This document shows positions 22,841-34,595 of a DNA stretch of 64,000 bases, one piece after another; positions within the stretch are counted from its first letter, which is position 1, and each line of letters opens with the position of its first letter. The translations under genes and the position numbers were made by a program. The notes under the pieces were generated by a model. It worked only from the letters and a program-made list of their open reading frames with translations, did not search any database and was not told the DNA's origin. This DNA is from Antedon mediterranea (Eukaryota > Animalia > Echinodermata). The stretch spans positions 3,782,001 to 3,846,000 of the forward strand of contig NC_092674.1 in assembly GCF_964355755.1 (NCBI RefSeq). Reading direction: 5' to 3'.

Positions 22841-23422
22841 AACATAAAATTAATTCGTAGTAGATAATTATATCACTAAAAATCACATTTTGTTTATAAA
22901 ATCCTGTTATAGTAATGTGTTAGACCAAAAATTGATTATTTTAAGTATTCCTTATTAGGTTTATTAACATTTTCGCCATGGGTAAAGAAGAAAATATCCT
23001 TCAATGAATTATAATCCTGCCTGGAAATCTCATGGTTCTGCCGAAAGGCTACTGGCCTTCCGCAAACCACCAGTTTAACGTGAATATCCGCTTACGTCCC
23101 TAGCTAGGTAGGCATTGACGGTATAGACCTTAGGCCTAGATATTAAGGCATAATATACAACAACTGCCCTAGTTCTATTATTAACATAAATAGCTAGGCC
23201 TAGGCCTACAAAACAATACCGATAAACACAAAAACAAAGTAACAATGTTTATGTCTTCTGGATCCATATTCCAAAAATAGGTTGGGTGGTACACTACCTA
23301 CATTACAAAATTAGTATTAGCCTAGGCCCTAGGCCCAGTAGCTGTAGGTTAGACTATTCTTAATTGCGAATTGCCAAAACGTAAAAAAGAACAGACTCAA
23401 TTATTATTAAACCATTAAATAA

Positions 23423-23759
23423 TGCACTTGTCAATTGTATGACCCACTATACGACCCCCGGGAGAGGTGCGTCATTTGTCCGATGTGCGTCGACCTTTGA
23501 ATACCATGACGCACCCGTGCATCAAAAATGTAACTTACTTTTAGGTGACCATGACGCACCCATTTTGACGCACTGTGACCATGTTGTTTATGATATGGTG
23601 GGTGGTAAAGTGACGGACATTGACACACCTTGTTCATTGATGTGACGTACCATCTAGGTTTTTTGACGCACCCCTGCGTCAGTAATTATTTGTAAATGAC
23701 GCACCCATGACGCACCTCTCCCGGGGGTCGTATAGTGGGTCATACAATTGACAAGTGCA
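23423..23759. mobile_element. MITE with long (~55 bp) perfect TIRs and TAA target duplication in RPL8 intron 1
   Basis: TAA|TGCACTTGTCAATTGTATGACCCACTATACGACCCCCGGGAGAGGTGCGTCAT ... exact reverse complement|TAA; internal TGACGCAC repeats. Confidence 0.9.
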
Positions 23760-23839
23760 TAATTATCCATTCAACAACATTGCAAACTCCACTATCACTA
23801 AAACTAACCTAAAAATCGTTATTGTTTTTTAGTAAAACC

Positions 23840-26292
23840 ATGGGACGTGTTATCCGAGGCCAACGAAAGGGCGCTGGAAGCGTCTTTAAGTCTCACAACA
23901 AGCACAGGAAGGGGCCTGCTAGACTCCGAACTATTGACTTTGCCGAAAGACATGGCTACATCAAAGGCATTGTTAAGGTGTGGTATGGTACCTAACAATC
24001 GGGGGGGGGGGGGGGGGGAATGGCAAAAGGCTTCTTACTTTCTAGGAGTTATCAGATAATCTATATTGTTTTGACTACTCTTATAACATGACCACAGTGC
24101 TGATTTTGAAATCGGAGGAGAATGAATGGATACAGATTTATATGCTTAATTGAAAGTATTAACACAGCCTACAAAACAATTGGTCTCCTCAAGTTTTTTT
24201 TGTTATGTATATACTGAAATAGACCAAATAGATAATGAAATGAAATAACAATGTTGATTATCTAACATTTATTGCTATTTTTTATCTCTAGGACATAATT
24301 CATGACCCTGGCCGTGGTGCTCCACTTGCCAGAGTTCAGTTCCGAGACCCTTACAAATTCAAGAAGAGGAATGAACTGATGATAGCTGCAGAAGGCATGT
24401 ACACAGGACAATTCATATACTGTGGAAAGAAAGGTAAATCATCTTCGTCAAATGTTGAGTACCGTATATCCTCGGGTATAATCCCACTTTGGGTCTAATC
24501 CCACCCCATACTTTGTCTGATTTCACAAACCAGCATAGTCCCAGTATTGACTGGTCTGGATGTAGACCTTTCCACCCAGTTCAGATGAGTTTTTACAAGA
24601 AATGCTTATAATAATCATTTTTTTCATGAACCAGGCCTTTCCCAGGTATATATATTCAGCCCGATTTCGTGTTCTATTGGGTGGGATTAAATCAGAGGAT
24701 ATACGGTAATTACAATACATTTTTATTTTAAAAACTTTGAAACATAGGTTTATTTACCCAAAGAAACAGGACACTGAGCTCACCTTGCTAAAATATATGA
24801 ATCTTTTGATCATATGTCTGGCTGCAACAAATCCCAACAGTACTGATTTAAATTGGTTTCATGGCCACAGTTTGGTGGATAGTAACAAACTTATCCAGAT
24901 AAATAACTAGCCTCAACCGGCCTTATGAAATAATATAAGCAGGGTGAAGATTCTACTAAAAAATGTGTTTTCTTTGTGTTTTTTTTTTTCATGTTGGCTT
25001 GTGTTTCTGTTTTCATATTTGTCATTGACATTGCACTTTTATCTTGCAGCTGCTTTAGCTATAGGTAATGTGATGCCAGTTGGCAGCATGCCAGAAGGAA
25101 CTATCGTATGTGCCGTTGAAGAAAAGACCGGTGATAGAGGTGCGCTTGCACGTGCGTCTGGTAACTACGCCACTGTCATCTCTCACAACCCAGACACAAG
25201 GAAAAGTCGTATTAAGTTGCCATCTGGTGCCAAGAAAGTTATCCACTCTGCCAATCGCGCCATGGTTGGTAAGTAATCACCCGATGGGTTTAAAATAATA
25301 ATAATAGATAGATTTATATAGCGTAAATAAACAATATCTCAATGCGCACGAACAATAAAGAGTGGAAGCCAAAAGGAAGATAACGAAAAGACAAAAACAC
25401 CAAGCTGGCACCCAAACTGGAGTATGAGGATACACTATCACCGTACCACAGTTAGCATCGGTTATTTAAGTCTTGATGTTTTCCGGCTTAGTTCATCATC
25501 TGGTATGACGAATCAAACATATTTTGATATTAATTGATTTAGTCATCTAAAATCATCATCAAAACGCTTCGTTTTACTATTTTGTGCCATTTATTCCTTT
25601 CATGGTCGGGTGTGTTTCACGTGGGCCAGTGTAATTTATACTGTTTTCCTGTATCATTTTGTCCATATTTTCTTCGGTCTTCCAACGTGTGTTTTACCTT
25701 TCTTGTTACTTCCTGTAGAGCTAGTTTTGCGGGTGCGTTATCATTATCAATTTATTTAATTTTGTTTTCTACTTTGTTGTCCTTTATTTTATCTTACAGT
25801 ATATTTAATTTATTTGTTATTGTTACATGTTTATGTCTCGTCATGTATTTTTGTGAGGGTCCCTAATGATCAGCTTCGGCTGGATGGACCACCCTCGTAA
25901 ACTAAAACAGACTTAGAAAAAGACTTTTCTGTAGGTTTGAACTGAATAAATGTTTTATTTTTCTGCTTAAATGATTTATTTTTTTTTTTATTATTAAATT
26001 TGTTTTAAAATTTGTTGTAGGTATTGCTGCAGGAGGTGGGCGTATTGACAAACCTCTCCTAAAGGCTGGTAGAGCTTACCACAAGTACAAGGCTAAGAGA
26101 AACTGTTGGCCTACTGTACGTGGTGTTTGCATGAACCCGGTAGAACATCCCCACGGTGGTGGTAACCATCAGCATATCGGTGCACCATCAACTGTCAGAC
26201 GAGACACGTCAGCTGGTCGCAAGGTCGGTTTGATTGCCGCTCGTCGTACTGGTCGACTCCGCGGAACCAAGAAGATCAAAGACAAGGAATAA
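23840..26292 (+). CDS. RPL8: 60S ribosomal protein L8 (uL2), 256 aa
   Basis: Exons 23840-23977, 24292-24433, 25050-25268, 26021-26292. [62 protein letters not shown]; AATAAA at 26332-26337. Confidence 0.98.
24460..24708. mobile_element. TA-flanked mariner-like MITE (family C), second copy
   Basis: TACCGTATATCCTC ... GAGGATATACGGTA; homologous to 19709-19952. Confidence 0.75.
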
Positions 26293-27069
26293 ACTTAAAA
26301 TCTGTAATTATCAAAAATCCATGCGTAAAAAAATAAATACAAAGAAGGAAATTTTAGTATAGTGTTGTTTTTTTTAGTAATTAGAGTTCAAAAGTAATGT
26401 AGCGTCCCTCACTAGCAAAAATGTCAAAAAATACAACATTTTTTTAGCCATGTTAAGAAATAATAAAATCAACATAAACTGTTAAGCTCTGTCTGCACTA
26501 TCAAACTTTATGAGACAAAAAAATGTGATGTGCCCATATATGGACATGATGATGTCATATCACTACCATATTTAAGCAGATCACTACCATATTTAGGCAC
26601 ATCACACTAGTTTGATAGTGTAGACAGAGCTTAACACAAAATGATTTGCCATAAAATCTGTGTTACAAATTGATTTGATAAAATCACCACATTCACATTC
26701 ATGTCTAAGTAACTCGGGTTTAAAATGAAATGGTAATTACTGTCAAGTTTTACTAAGAGATACCATGTTTATTACAATATTTCCGTTCCATATACACCTG
26801 TTGTTTAGTTGTCTATATCGTTAGTTGTATAAAAAGATTGACGTCTTGTCATATCACTAATATATTTGGCCACATCACACCTTTTTTGTCAATCTAATTT
26901 GATAGTGTAGACAGCTTTATAATGCTAAATTACTTGCATTCTTTAATTCTGTATTTATAAAATGTAGGCCAAAAAACCTTGATCTCTATCTACACTATCA
27001 AATTTTATGTGACAAAACAATGTGATGTGCCCATATGTGGACATAATGACGTCGTATCACTACCATATT

Positions 27070-27244
27070 CAGGGAACATTTTCGCCAGTGTAGCATAGCA
27101 AAAAGCTATACAAAACAACCTTATTGCTACACATTTTGAAAATTGTGTAGCAAAAAATACAATACAAAACTATGCTTTTCGACTTAAAAATCAGTTTGAT
27201 TAGCAAAATTGCTAAACAAAATTTTTAAATAACATTTTTCCCTG
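27070..27244. mobile_element. Non-autonomous hAT-like element with 5-bp TSD nested in a MITE-A copy
   Basis: ATATT|CAGGGAA ... TTCCCTG|ATATT; removing it restores the MITE-A motif ACCATATTTGGGC. Confidence 0.75.
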
Positions 27245-27838
27245 ATATTTGGGCACACTACATTTGACTAGTTTGATAGTGCAGACAGAGCTTTTTAGTC
27301 CATTACCTCCAAACAATAGGGCTGTGTGGTGCATTTGTAGCAGCTACCATATTTGAGCTAGTCTAAATTGGCATTTCTTAGTTAATCTTTTTACCTAATT
27401 TTACCTTCCATTTTCGCAACGACAACCATGTGAATACCCACACGTGCGTAGTATGACTTTTCGACATGACAGCTTCATAGTCGCTTGGTGAACATGTGTT
27501 TGTAGTTGTATATTGCCGTTTAATTAAAGTACACTGTAATTACATTTAGGGATCTTGTCAAAATGTTTTTGCTGTTGTAATTACATTTAGGGATCATGCA
27601 AAATTGTTTTACTGTGTAGAGTAAATTCAATAATGCGATGTGATGTGTGCGTTTAAGGGTATTTCCCGAGGTTTGTCAATGAAAACACACTTTTAGGCGT
27701 AATTCGATGTCAGACAGCATTTTTTTTATTTACTGTACATTGGCCGCCACCGGTATATTTAAATTAGGACATGCACTACCTAAGCCTAAGGCCAATTTAC
27801 ACAGACGAGCGGTAACGGTAATAAAAATATAGAATAAT

Positions 27839-28350
27839 AGGGAGGTTTCGCAACCTTACGTATACGATAACGAAAACGGATACGTCATACATTTGTGAAA
27901 CTTTTGAGCTGATCCCCATTTCATATTCGTAAAGCGTATTCGTGTTGACGAATATCACCAGTCATATTCGTAACTACAAAACGAGTAGGCCTATAGTTTT
28001 TGATCTATTTTGCACATTTTGCATTTGAATCAGGAATGATTCATGATTATAATATAAATATAGATTTATTGAAAGTAATTTACTAAAGTAATTTACTAAA
28101 ATGCCAAGTCAATTTTGATAAATAGCAGTTTTGAAAGTCACTCGCTTTGATGTTACGCTAGGCCTAAGCAGCCAAGCACCAAGCAACACGTACCTGCGCT
28201 TCGCTCAAATTTACCGCAGTCATTATTTTGGACGCGCCTCAATATTTCGTTGCCATGCGAAACAGATTTTTTTATGTCTTACGAAAACGAATACATGTGC
28301 GTGACGTATCCGTTTTCGTTATCGTATTCGTAAGATTGCGAAACCTCTCT
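27839..28350. mobile_element. MITE with ~55-bp imperfect TIRs
   Basis: AAT|AGGGAGGTTTCGCAACCTTACG.ATACGATAACGAAAACGGATACGTCA ... TGACGTATCCGTTTTCGTTATCGTATTCGTAAGATTGCGAAACCTCTCT|AAT. Confidence 0.85.
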
Positions 28351-28408
28351 AATATAATGCTGTACCTTATGACATTTACACATAACGCAGATAGGCGCTT
28401 TCCGCAAA

Positions 28409-28587
28409 AGCTTGGTTCCCACTAGAATGTAACGCAAGGACGTAAACGCCACGCAAGCGTTTTAACCAATGACAAGCGAAGTTATAGACAGTTAGCAACC
28501 ACAAGCGAATAAGCCATCGCTTGTGATTGGTCAATCCACTTGCGTTGCGTTACGTCCTTGCGTTGCGTCGCTAGTGGGAACCACGCT
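28409..28587. mobile_element. MITE family B, 179-bp copy
   Basis: Near-identical inverted counterpart of 48245-48423. Confidence 0.9.
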
Positions 28588-29968
28588 TTATGATAGTATT
28601 TGGGACAAGCTACGAGGTTTTCCGCTTTATTTGAAGTAGCGGTGCATATCTTCACATTTTTCATACCTCCGCCTTAACCACGATGTTGGGGGTCATGGGA
28701 CCTTGGACATCTCACACGTACCTCCAATTTATTGAAATAAAAATTAGTTTTGATAATAGTTAAATTAATTTAAAATTCAAAAGCATTCTTCTATCAAAAT
28801 TTCATCATTATTATGGTGTAAACTTTTATTTCACCCCTCCCCTTTCCTCCTCGACCTTCCCCAAATCCGACACCTCGACCTTCTCCCGTACTTCCACCTA
28901 CCAAAGTTAAAATCAATAGAATAACAATTCACAAAGAAACAAAATGTGATTACTACAGTAAATAGTTGATTTTCCATAGTAAAAATGCGATTACTGCAGT
29001 ACATAGTTCCGTTCTCACTAGCGTCGCAACGTAACGCAATCTACGCAACGTAAGAAAATGCCCTTTCACTCATTGTTTTCCCCCGCCAGCGTGAAATCAA
29101 ACCTTTTGATTTTTGCATTATTGCGTCGTCGGTTCCCACTTGTGATTACGCAATACAGCACTTTGCGTCGATACATCTAGTGTGAACCACGCTCAAAATG
29201 TATTCGCCAACGTGAACCCGTTGCATCAACCTTATCCAGGCCCCTTATGATATGACCTTTTTTGAATATTACTAGTGGTGCAATACAGGATGGATTTTCA
29301 TTTCCTGAAATTAAAAAAATGAATCAAACGTATAAATGGATCAATAATATATGTATAGACTTTTCACCAAAAATATTAAATCGATGATTTAGCATCTGAC
29401 ACATGTATTAATAATTTTACCACCATAATTATATAATAGAACGCAAAGCAGCGACGCATTGACGCAACCTGCTGTATTGCGTAATCACAAGTGAGAACCG
29501 ACGACGCAATAATGCAAAAATCAAAAAGTTTTATTTTCACGCAGGCGGGGGAAAACACAATTATTGGAAGGGTATTTTCTTACGTTGCGTAGGTTGCGTC
29601 GCTGGTGGGAACCAAGCTTTAGTAGTGAACCATCCAAGTTAAACTTAAAGCCACTAGCGACGCAACGAAAGAAAATGCCCTTCCAACAATTGTTGTACGC
29701 ACTACCGTGGGCCTATGTTTTCCAGTGGTTTTTTTTTTTGCCTTGCGTTTTGTTGGTGTTTCTAGCGATGTTTGCTTTTGCGTCATCGGTTCCCACTTGT
29801 GATTACGCAATACAGCACTTTGCGTCGCTGCGTTACGTTAGGTTGCGTTCTAGTCGGAACCACGCTTAACTGTGCACGATATCAACAATGTATTTTCGTC
29901 TATGAACATAATTCATTCTAAATTGCCCTCAAACTGTTCGTGTAATTTTAACTAACTCTGAAATTCAT

Positions 29969-30127
29969 CGTATAACTAGAGCATCACTAAAATGAAACAT
30001 ATAATATTCGCTATTTAATAGCGAATATTATATGTTTCATTTTAGCATCACTAAAATGAAACATATAATATTCGCTATTTAATAGCGAATATTATATGTT
30101 TCATTTTAGTGATGCTCTAGTTATACG
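29969..30127. repeat. Perfect AT-rich palindrome with a tandemly duplicated centre
   Basis: CGTATAACTAGAGCATCACTAAAATGAAACATATAATATTCGCTATT is mirrored exactly; the central palindrome is present twice. Confidence 0.92.
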
Positions 30128-31379
30128 TTCCTTTTTATCTAGTTTGGTACGGGGCGGCGCCGTCCGACACACTGTACCTGTCTAATACAGTAATGGTTTG
30201 TAAAATAATAAAAATGGTTTGTCTTTTATCAAATTATTTGTTTGTAGGACAGAATAGATAGTCGGTCCGACGCATTAGGTTCCTATATAACAGTAGTAGG
30301 CCTAATTGCTTTACAATTGGACTTTCAAGTGAATTAAATTAAATTAAAAATAATTTCTTTTAAAACGGCCCCTGAACTATACTAGGAGATATGAGTTAAT
30401 TGTATTAGTAAAAGGAACACGTAGGCCTACAGCTTCGTTTGTTTCACCAGTCAGAAATTGCGTATAAAAATGAATATACTATTATATTTTATATTATATA
30501 TAATTACTATACTACAGGCCTAATATATTAAAACAGTTTTTTTTTTAACTTAGCACAAAAGGATTGTTTTACAAAACATGTACCACATTAATTTCTAGTC
30601 ATGTGACTGAGCACCGTCCAATCGAATACAATGCACGCATAACTTAATTAACTGTAGGCCCAAATAAAATATTATAATGCCAGTCAAATAAGCTTTTAAT
30701 TCGTAACTATTATGACTCAAAATTGAAATCGCACAAAATGACAATTTCGTCCATCAATAATAATGACGTTTTCACACTTAACTGTATCCGGGTAAACTGT
30801 GAAGTAATTGGGGTACGTTTTTGAATACCAAACAGGTACTGTAGTTTTTGTTTATGATTTGATGTATGGTGTGCCAAGTGAACATTAACAGTTGTGTCAT
30901 GGAAACTATAGCTATAATAATAGCTGCTCCATGGTTTTAATAATGTTAAAAGGCTTGGACACGACAATGGGATGGCAAATTATCTTCTTTTTTAAAGTAA
31001 ACGGAACTAAGCGAAATAAAAAATAGGAGTGAATTTGTGGTGCACGTGTGTGCTGGACACAAAACAGCCGAAATGTTCAGCACTGTAATTTCCTGGCGCC
31101 CGCCTGAATTAAAGTGGAAAGTTTTAAGCACGCCAGTATTTTTGAGCTTTGGGATTTCTTCCACTGGAATAACCATTTCAGAAATTCAGTGATATGTTTG
31201 AAGAGTTCGGGATAAAAGTAGGAATAAAGTACACAAATGTACATTCTTCTAGTGGCATTCCATAAGTCACAAAATGTAAACTACCAAATTGGGTACCCTG
31301 TCTATCCTCGCAAATTTAAAGAAATTCGCATTCGCAAAGAAATTAGTGGAAGTTTAGATTGTTTATTGTCTTGTAAAAA

Positions 31380-33310
31380 ATGGAGCAATTAAGCATGGAA
31401 AAAGATCCCAGTAAGTAACCAAATGTTATTTTGTTATTCCGGTGGTGCATGTTGTTATTGTCTTTGAAAACAAAAACAGCTATTTAACCTATAAAAATAC
31501 TTTAAAAGAGGGATAGAAAGTAGGCTAGTACTAGCGAGGGTAGGCTAAGTAGTGAAGGTGATAAGACGGCAAAAGGCACAGACTGCGGCTTGTTGTGTGT
31601 AGGCAATACTAATACTACTAGGCCTAGGCCTCGACGTCAACACTGAGTGATTCTTCTCTGATCACCACACCATCAGTGTGCCGAGTTCATTGGTATAATA
31701 TACACAAGTTGTATGTTGGCTACTGTCATGTAGGCCTACTATTCTAACCTTTAGTTTTTTAGATCCAGCAATTAATTTTTTTATTTCAATTAATATGATA
31801 TATATAATTAAATAGGCCTATGGAGAAGAAGCACATTTTTGTATTTAAATATCATTAAAAATTATATTTTTATTTAATTATCTAAATTTCAAAATAATCA
31901 CATTTGAAATTGTTTTTTGTTGTTGCACAGATGCCCCACAAATGAATGCCCCGCCACTAATGAATGCCCCGCCACCATCATATAACCAGGCAGCTCAGGT
32001 ACGACAGACCTTCTCTACTTTCTCTTATGACAAAAAATCATAAAAACATGTTTGAACTTCCAATAAAATAATTACATTATAATATTTATTCTATACACAT
32101 TATATAGTTTTAGTTTGTTGAAAATAATACAATCACTAGAATACAGTACATTAAGCAAATAGTGTTAATAAATAATATATTTTATAATAAATGGTAAAAT
32201 TATTTAATTTATATATTTGTTTAGCTTCCTTATCCAACACCGCAGCAAGGAGCACCTGGATACGGTCCACAGCAAGGAGCACCTGGATACGGACCACCTG
32301 GATATGGACCACCACAGCCAGGATCTGAAGTAAAACCTCCATATGGACAGCAGCCAGGTGCACCTGGATACGCACCACCACCTGGAGGATATGTTTATCC
32401 TGGGCAGCCAGGGTATGCCCCACAATATTCTGGGCAACCACAGTATACTGTACATCAAGTTGGGTATGCCGGGCAACCAGGTGCTCAACAGCAAACTGTC
32501 ACAGTTATTACTAGACAGCGGCCACAGAGCTATCTTGGATTTGCCATATTTGTGTGTCTCTGCTGCTGTGTGCCGTTTGGAGTTATTGGAATAGTTTACA
32601 GCACACAGGTATGATATTGGACAATTATTCCTATATTTTTAGCTGCAACACAATGCCAATAATAAGTGTTTTAATTTATAATTCCCAAGTCCAGGAGGAA
32701 ACAAGGAAAGAGCTAAAATAATTATTGTCTATCAAAAAAAAAATAGTTACATAGTTCATAATTTCATTTTAGCTGTCAAAAAGGAAGAGGAAGAACAACC
32801 CCCCCCCCCCCTCCAACCCAAGCACGCTCCCCAAGAAGTGTCCGCAAGCAGGATCCCCAAGCAGGATCCCCAAGCACGCTCCTCAAGCATGCTCCTCAAG
32901 CACAATCCCCCTGGATCCGCACCAGATTTCTATGTTGACACTGACAGTATTTTATAAATCTGTATTTGCAATGGTGTAACACATTACACAGGCAGAAAAG
33001 CTCCTAATGAGCCCTTCAATGCTTGGGCTGCTTATGCTCTTGAACCCCTTGAGCCCTGGATTTAGCCAGTGAGCGCTCATAGCTGTTACGCCACTGGGTA
33101 AAATATAATAAATTTGAACTTAGAATTAAATTTATTTTTCAGAGTTCAAGCAAGTATGACATGGGAGACTATGATGGTGCTGTTCGCGCATCCACTTCGG
33201 CCAAGAGCTGGTCAATGGCCGGACTAGTCTGTGGGGTCATCTTCATCACAATCTGGATCATTCTCCAGGTGACCGTTTTCGCGACTTCATCATACGGTAA
33301 TTACAAATAA
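31380..33310 (+). CDS. CD225/dispanin family membrane protein (PRRT1/IFITM-like) with a Pro-Gly-Tyr-Gln-rich N-terminus, ~216 aa
   Basis: Exons 31380-31410, 31931-31998, 32225-32608, 33143-33310 join in frame. CD225 signature RPQSYLGFAIFVCLCCCVPFGVIGIVYS...GDYDGAVRASTSAKSWSMAGLVCGVIFITIWIIL. Confidence 0.9.
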
Positions 33311-34595
33311 GTTCCAAATCTATCAAATCAAGGAATATTTTTTTTTCTATTTTGTAAAGTATTTTACAGGCCTTTTCTTTTGAAAATTATTACAAAAGAA
33401 ACACATTCAGCGGGGTTGTACAGTACTGTAAGTGTGCTATATCTAGATGTGCTGTATCTAGATGATGTGTGGAAATTTGCCAAATTTAAGTGTGCTGTAA
33501 ATCGCACTCCTCAGGAATGAGTGACCGCTCTCCCAAGCCTAGAAAGACAAGGCCTGATTTTAAATGTATAAAAAGGACAGATTAATGAGCTACCCAGCCT
33601 AATAATTGAGTCTGACCAGACCACACCCATGATTCATGAGTCATAGGAATTGTATTCCCCCTTCCCTTGTCAAAGATCCTACTTCAATTCAATTCAACTT
33701 AACATTTATTTCTTCCTTCAAGAAAATGAGGTAAACATAATAAATTCCAGTAAAATTTATAACAAGTCAATTGATGATAAAAAAAGTATACATTAATCAA
33801 TAAGAAGAAGTAGGCAGTGCCCAAGAAGATAGAAATCTTGTGGCGGGCCAGTTTACTTAAGATTTAGGTTGGACTAGAAGACCATTTAACACCACTACCA
33901 TCCATATATGATTACTGATTACATGCATGAAATGCATGATATACCAAAAGGTATTTATTATATTAGTGCATGCAAAAGGAGTTCTTATTTAAGTTGCTAG
34001 CTGTTAAATATAATATATATATCGTAGTAAAAAGTACAAATTTGTAATGCTTTGTTTGTATTACAATAATAATAATATATTTTTATTCATTTTATGCACA
34101 TTTTAACTTTTTTTGTAGGTCATGTTAAATATAATTTTAAATTTGTTAACAAAACATACACATAACACTTAACAGGGCCCTGCCATCATTACGAACTAAA
34201 TCATTTGGCAACTGCGGGGCCTGGACAGGGGGTTGTTCCCCCCTTTTTGGGACCACCTCACCACTTTAATTCATGGCTACAGCACTGCATAATGTGCTAT
34301 CTGAAAATATCATCCTTTTTTTGCAATTTTAAAATGTTTTCATGCCAGTGTTTGCAGACCTACTACTGTTAAACTTGTATTCACACTACACTGATTTGTT
34401 GTATTCAAATAACAGTATTTCAATAAGCTTGCTAAAGCTCTGTCTACACTATGAAACTAGTTCAATGACAAAAAAAGTGTGATTTCCCCAAATATGGTAG
34501 TGAATATGATGTCATCATGTTCATATATGGGCATATCACATTTTTTTGTTTATGTCCCATTAAATGTGATAGTGTAGACAGAGCTTAAGTTTAAG

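Noticed and set aside
22994-23001. ATATCCTT, a U12-type (AT-AC) donor consensus; similarly 4680-4673 on the minus strand
   Set aside because: No matching TCCTTAAC branch point or in-frame AC acceptor was found; all reconstructed introns are GT-AG.
25855-25896. GAGGGTCC..CAGC-TTCG-GCTG..GGACCACCCTC hairpin in an RPL8 intron considered as a snoRNA, SECIS or ribozyme
   Set aside because: No convincing C/D or H/ACA boxes, SECIS geometry or hammerhead core. It follows a long T-rich tract and precedes an A-rich tail, so it fits a LINE 3' stem-loop better. An Rfam search would settle it.
30780-31260. Possible NF-kB/IRF sites upstream of the dispanin gene
   Set aside because: Only partial matches (GGGATTTCTTCC, AAGTGGAAAGT), which are expected by chance in AT-rich DNA.
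32151-32594. ORF-track ORFs over the dispanin exon, and antisense or alternative-frame ORFs over DDX3, RPL8, KCTD and PTB exons
   Set aside because: They are shadows of the real spliced coding frames.
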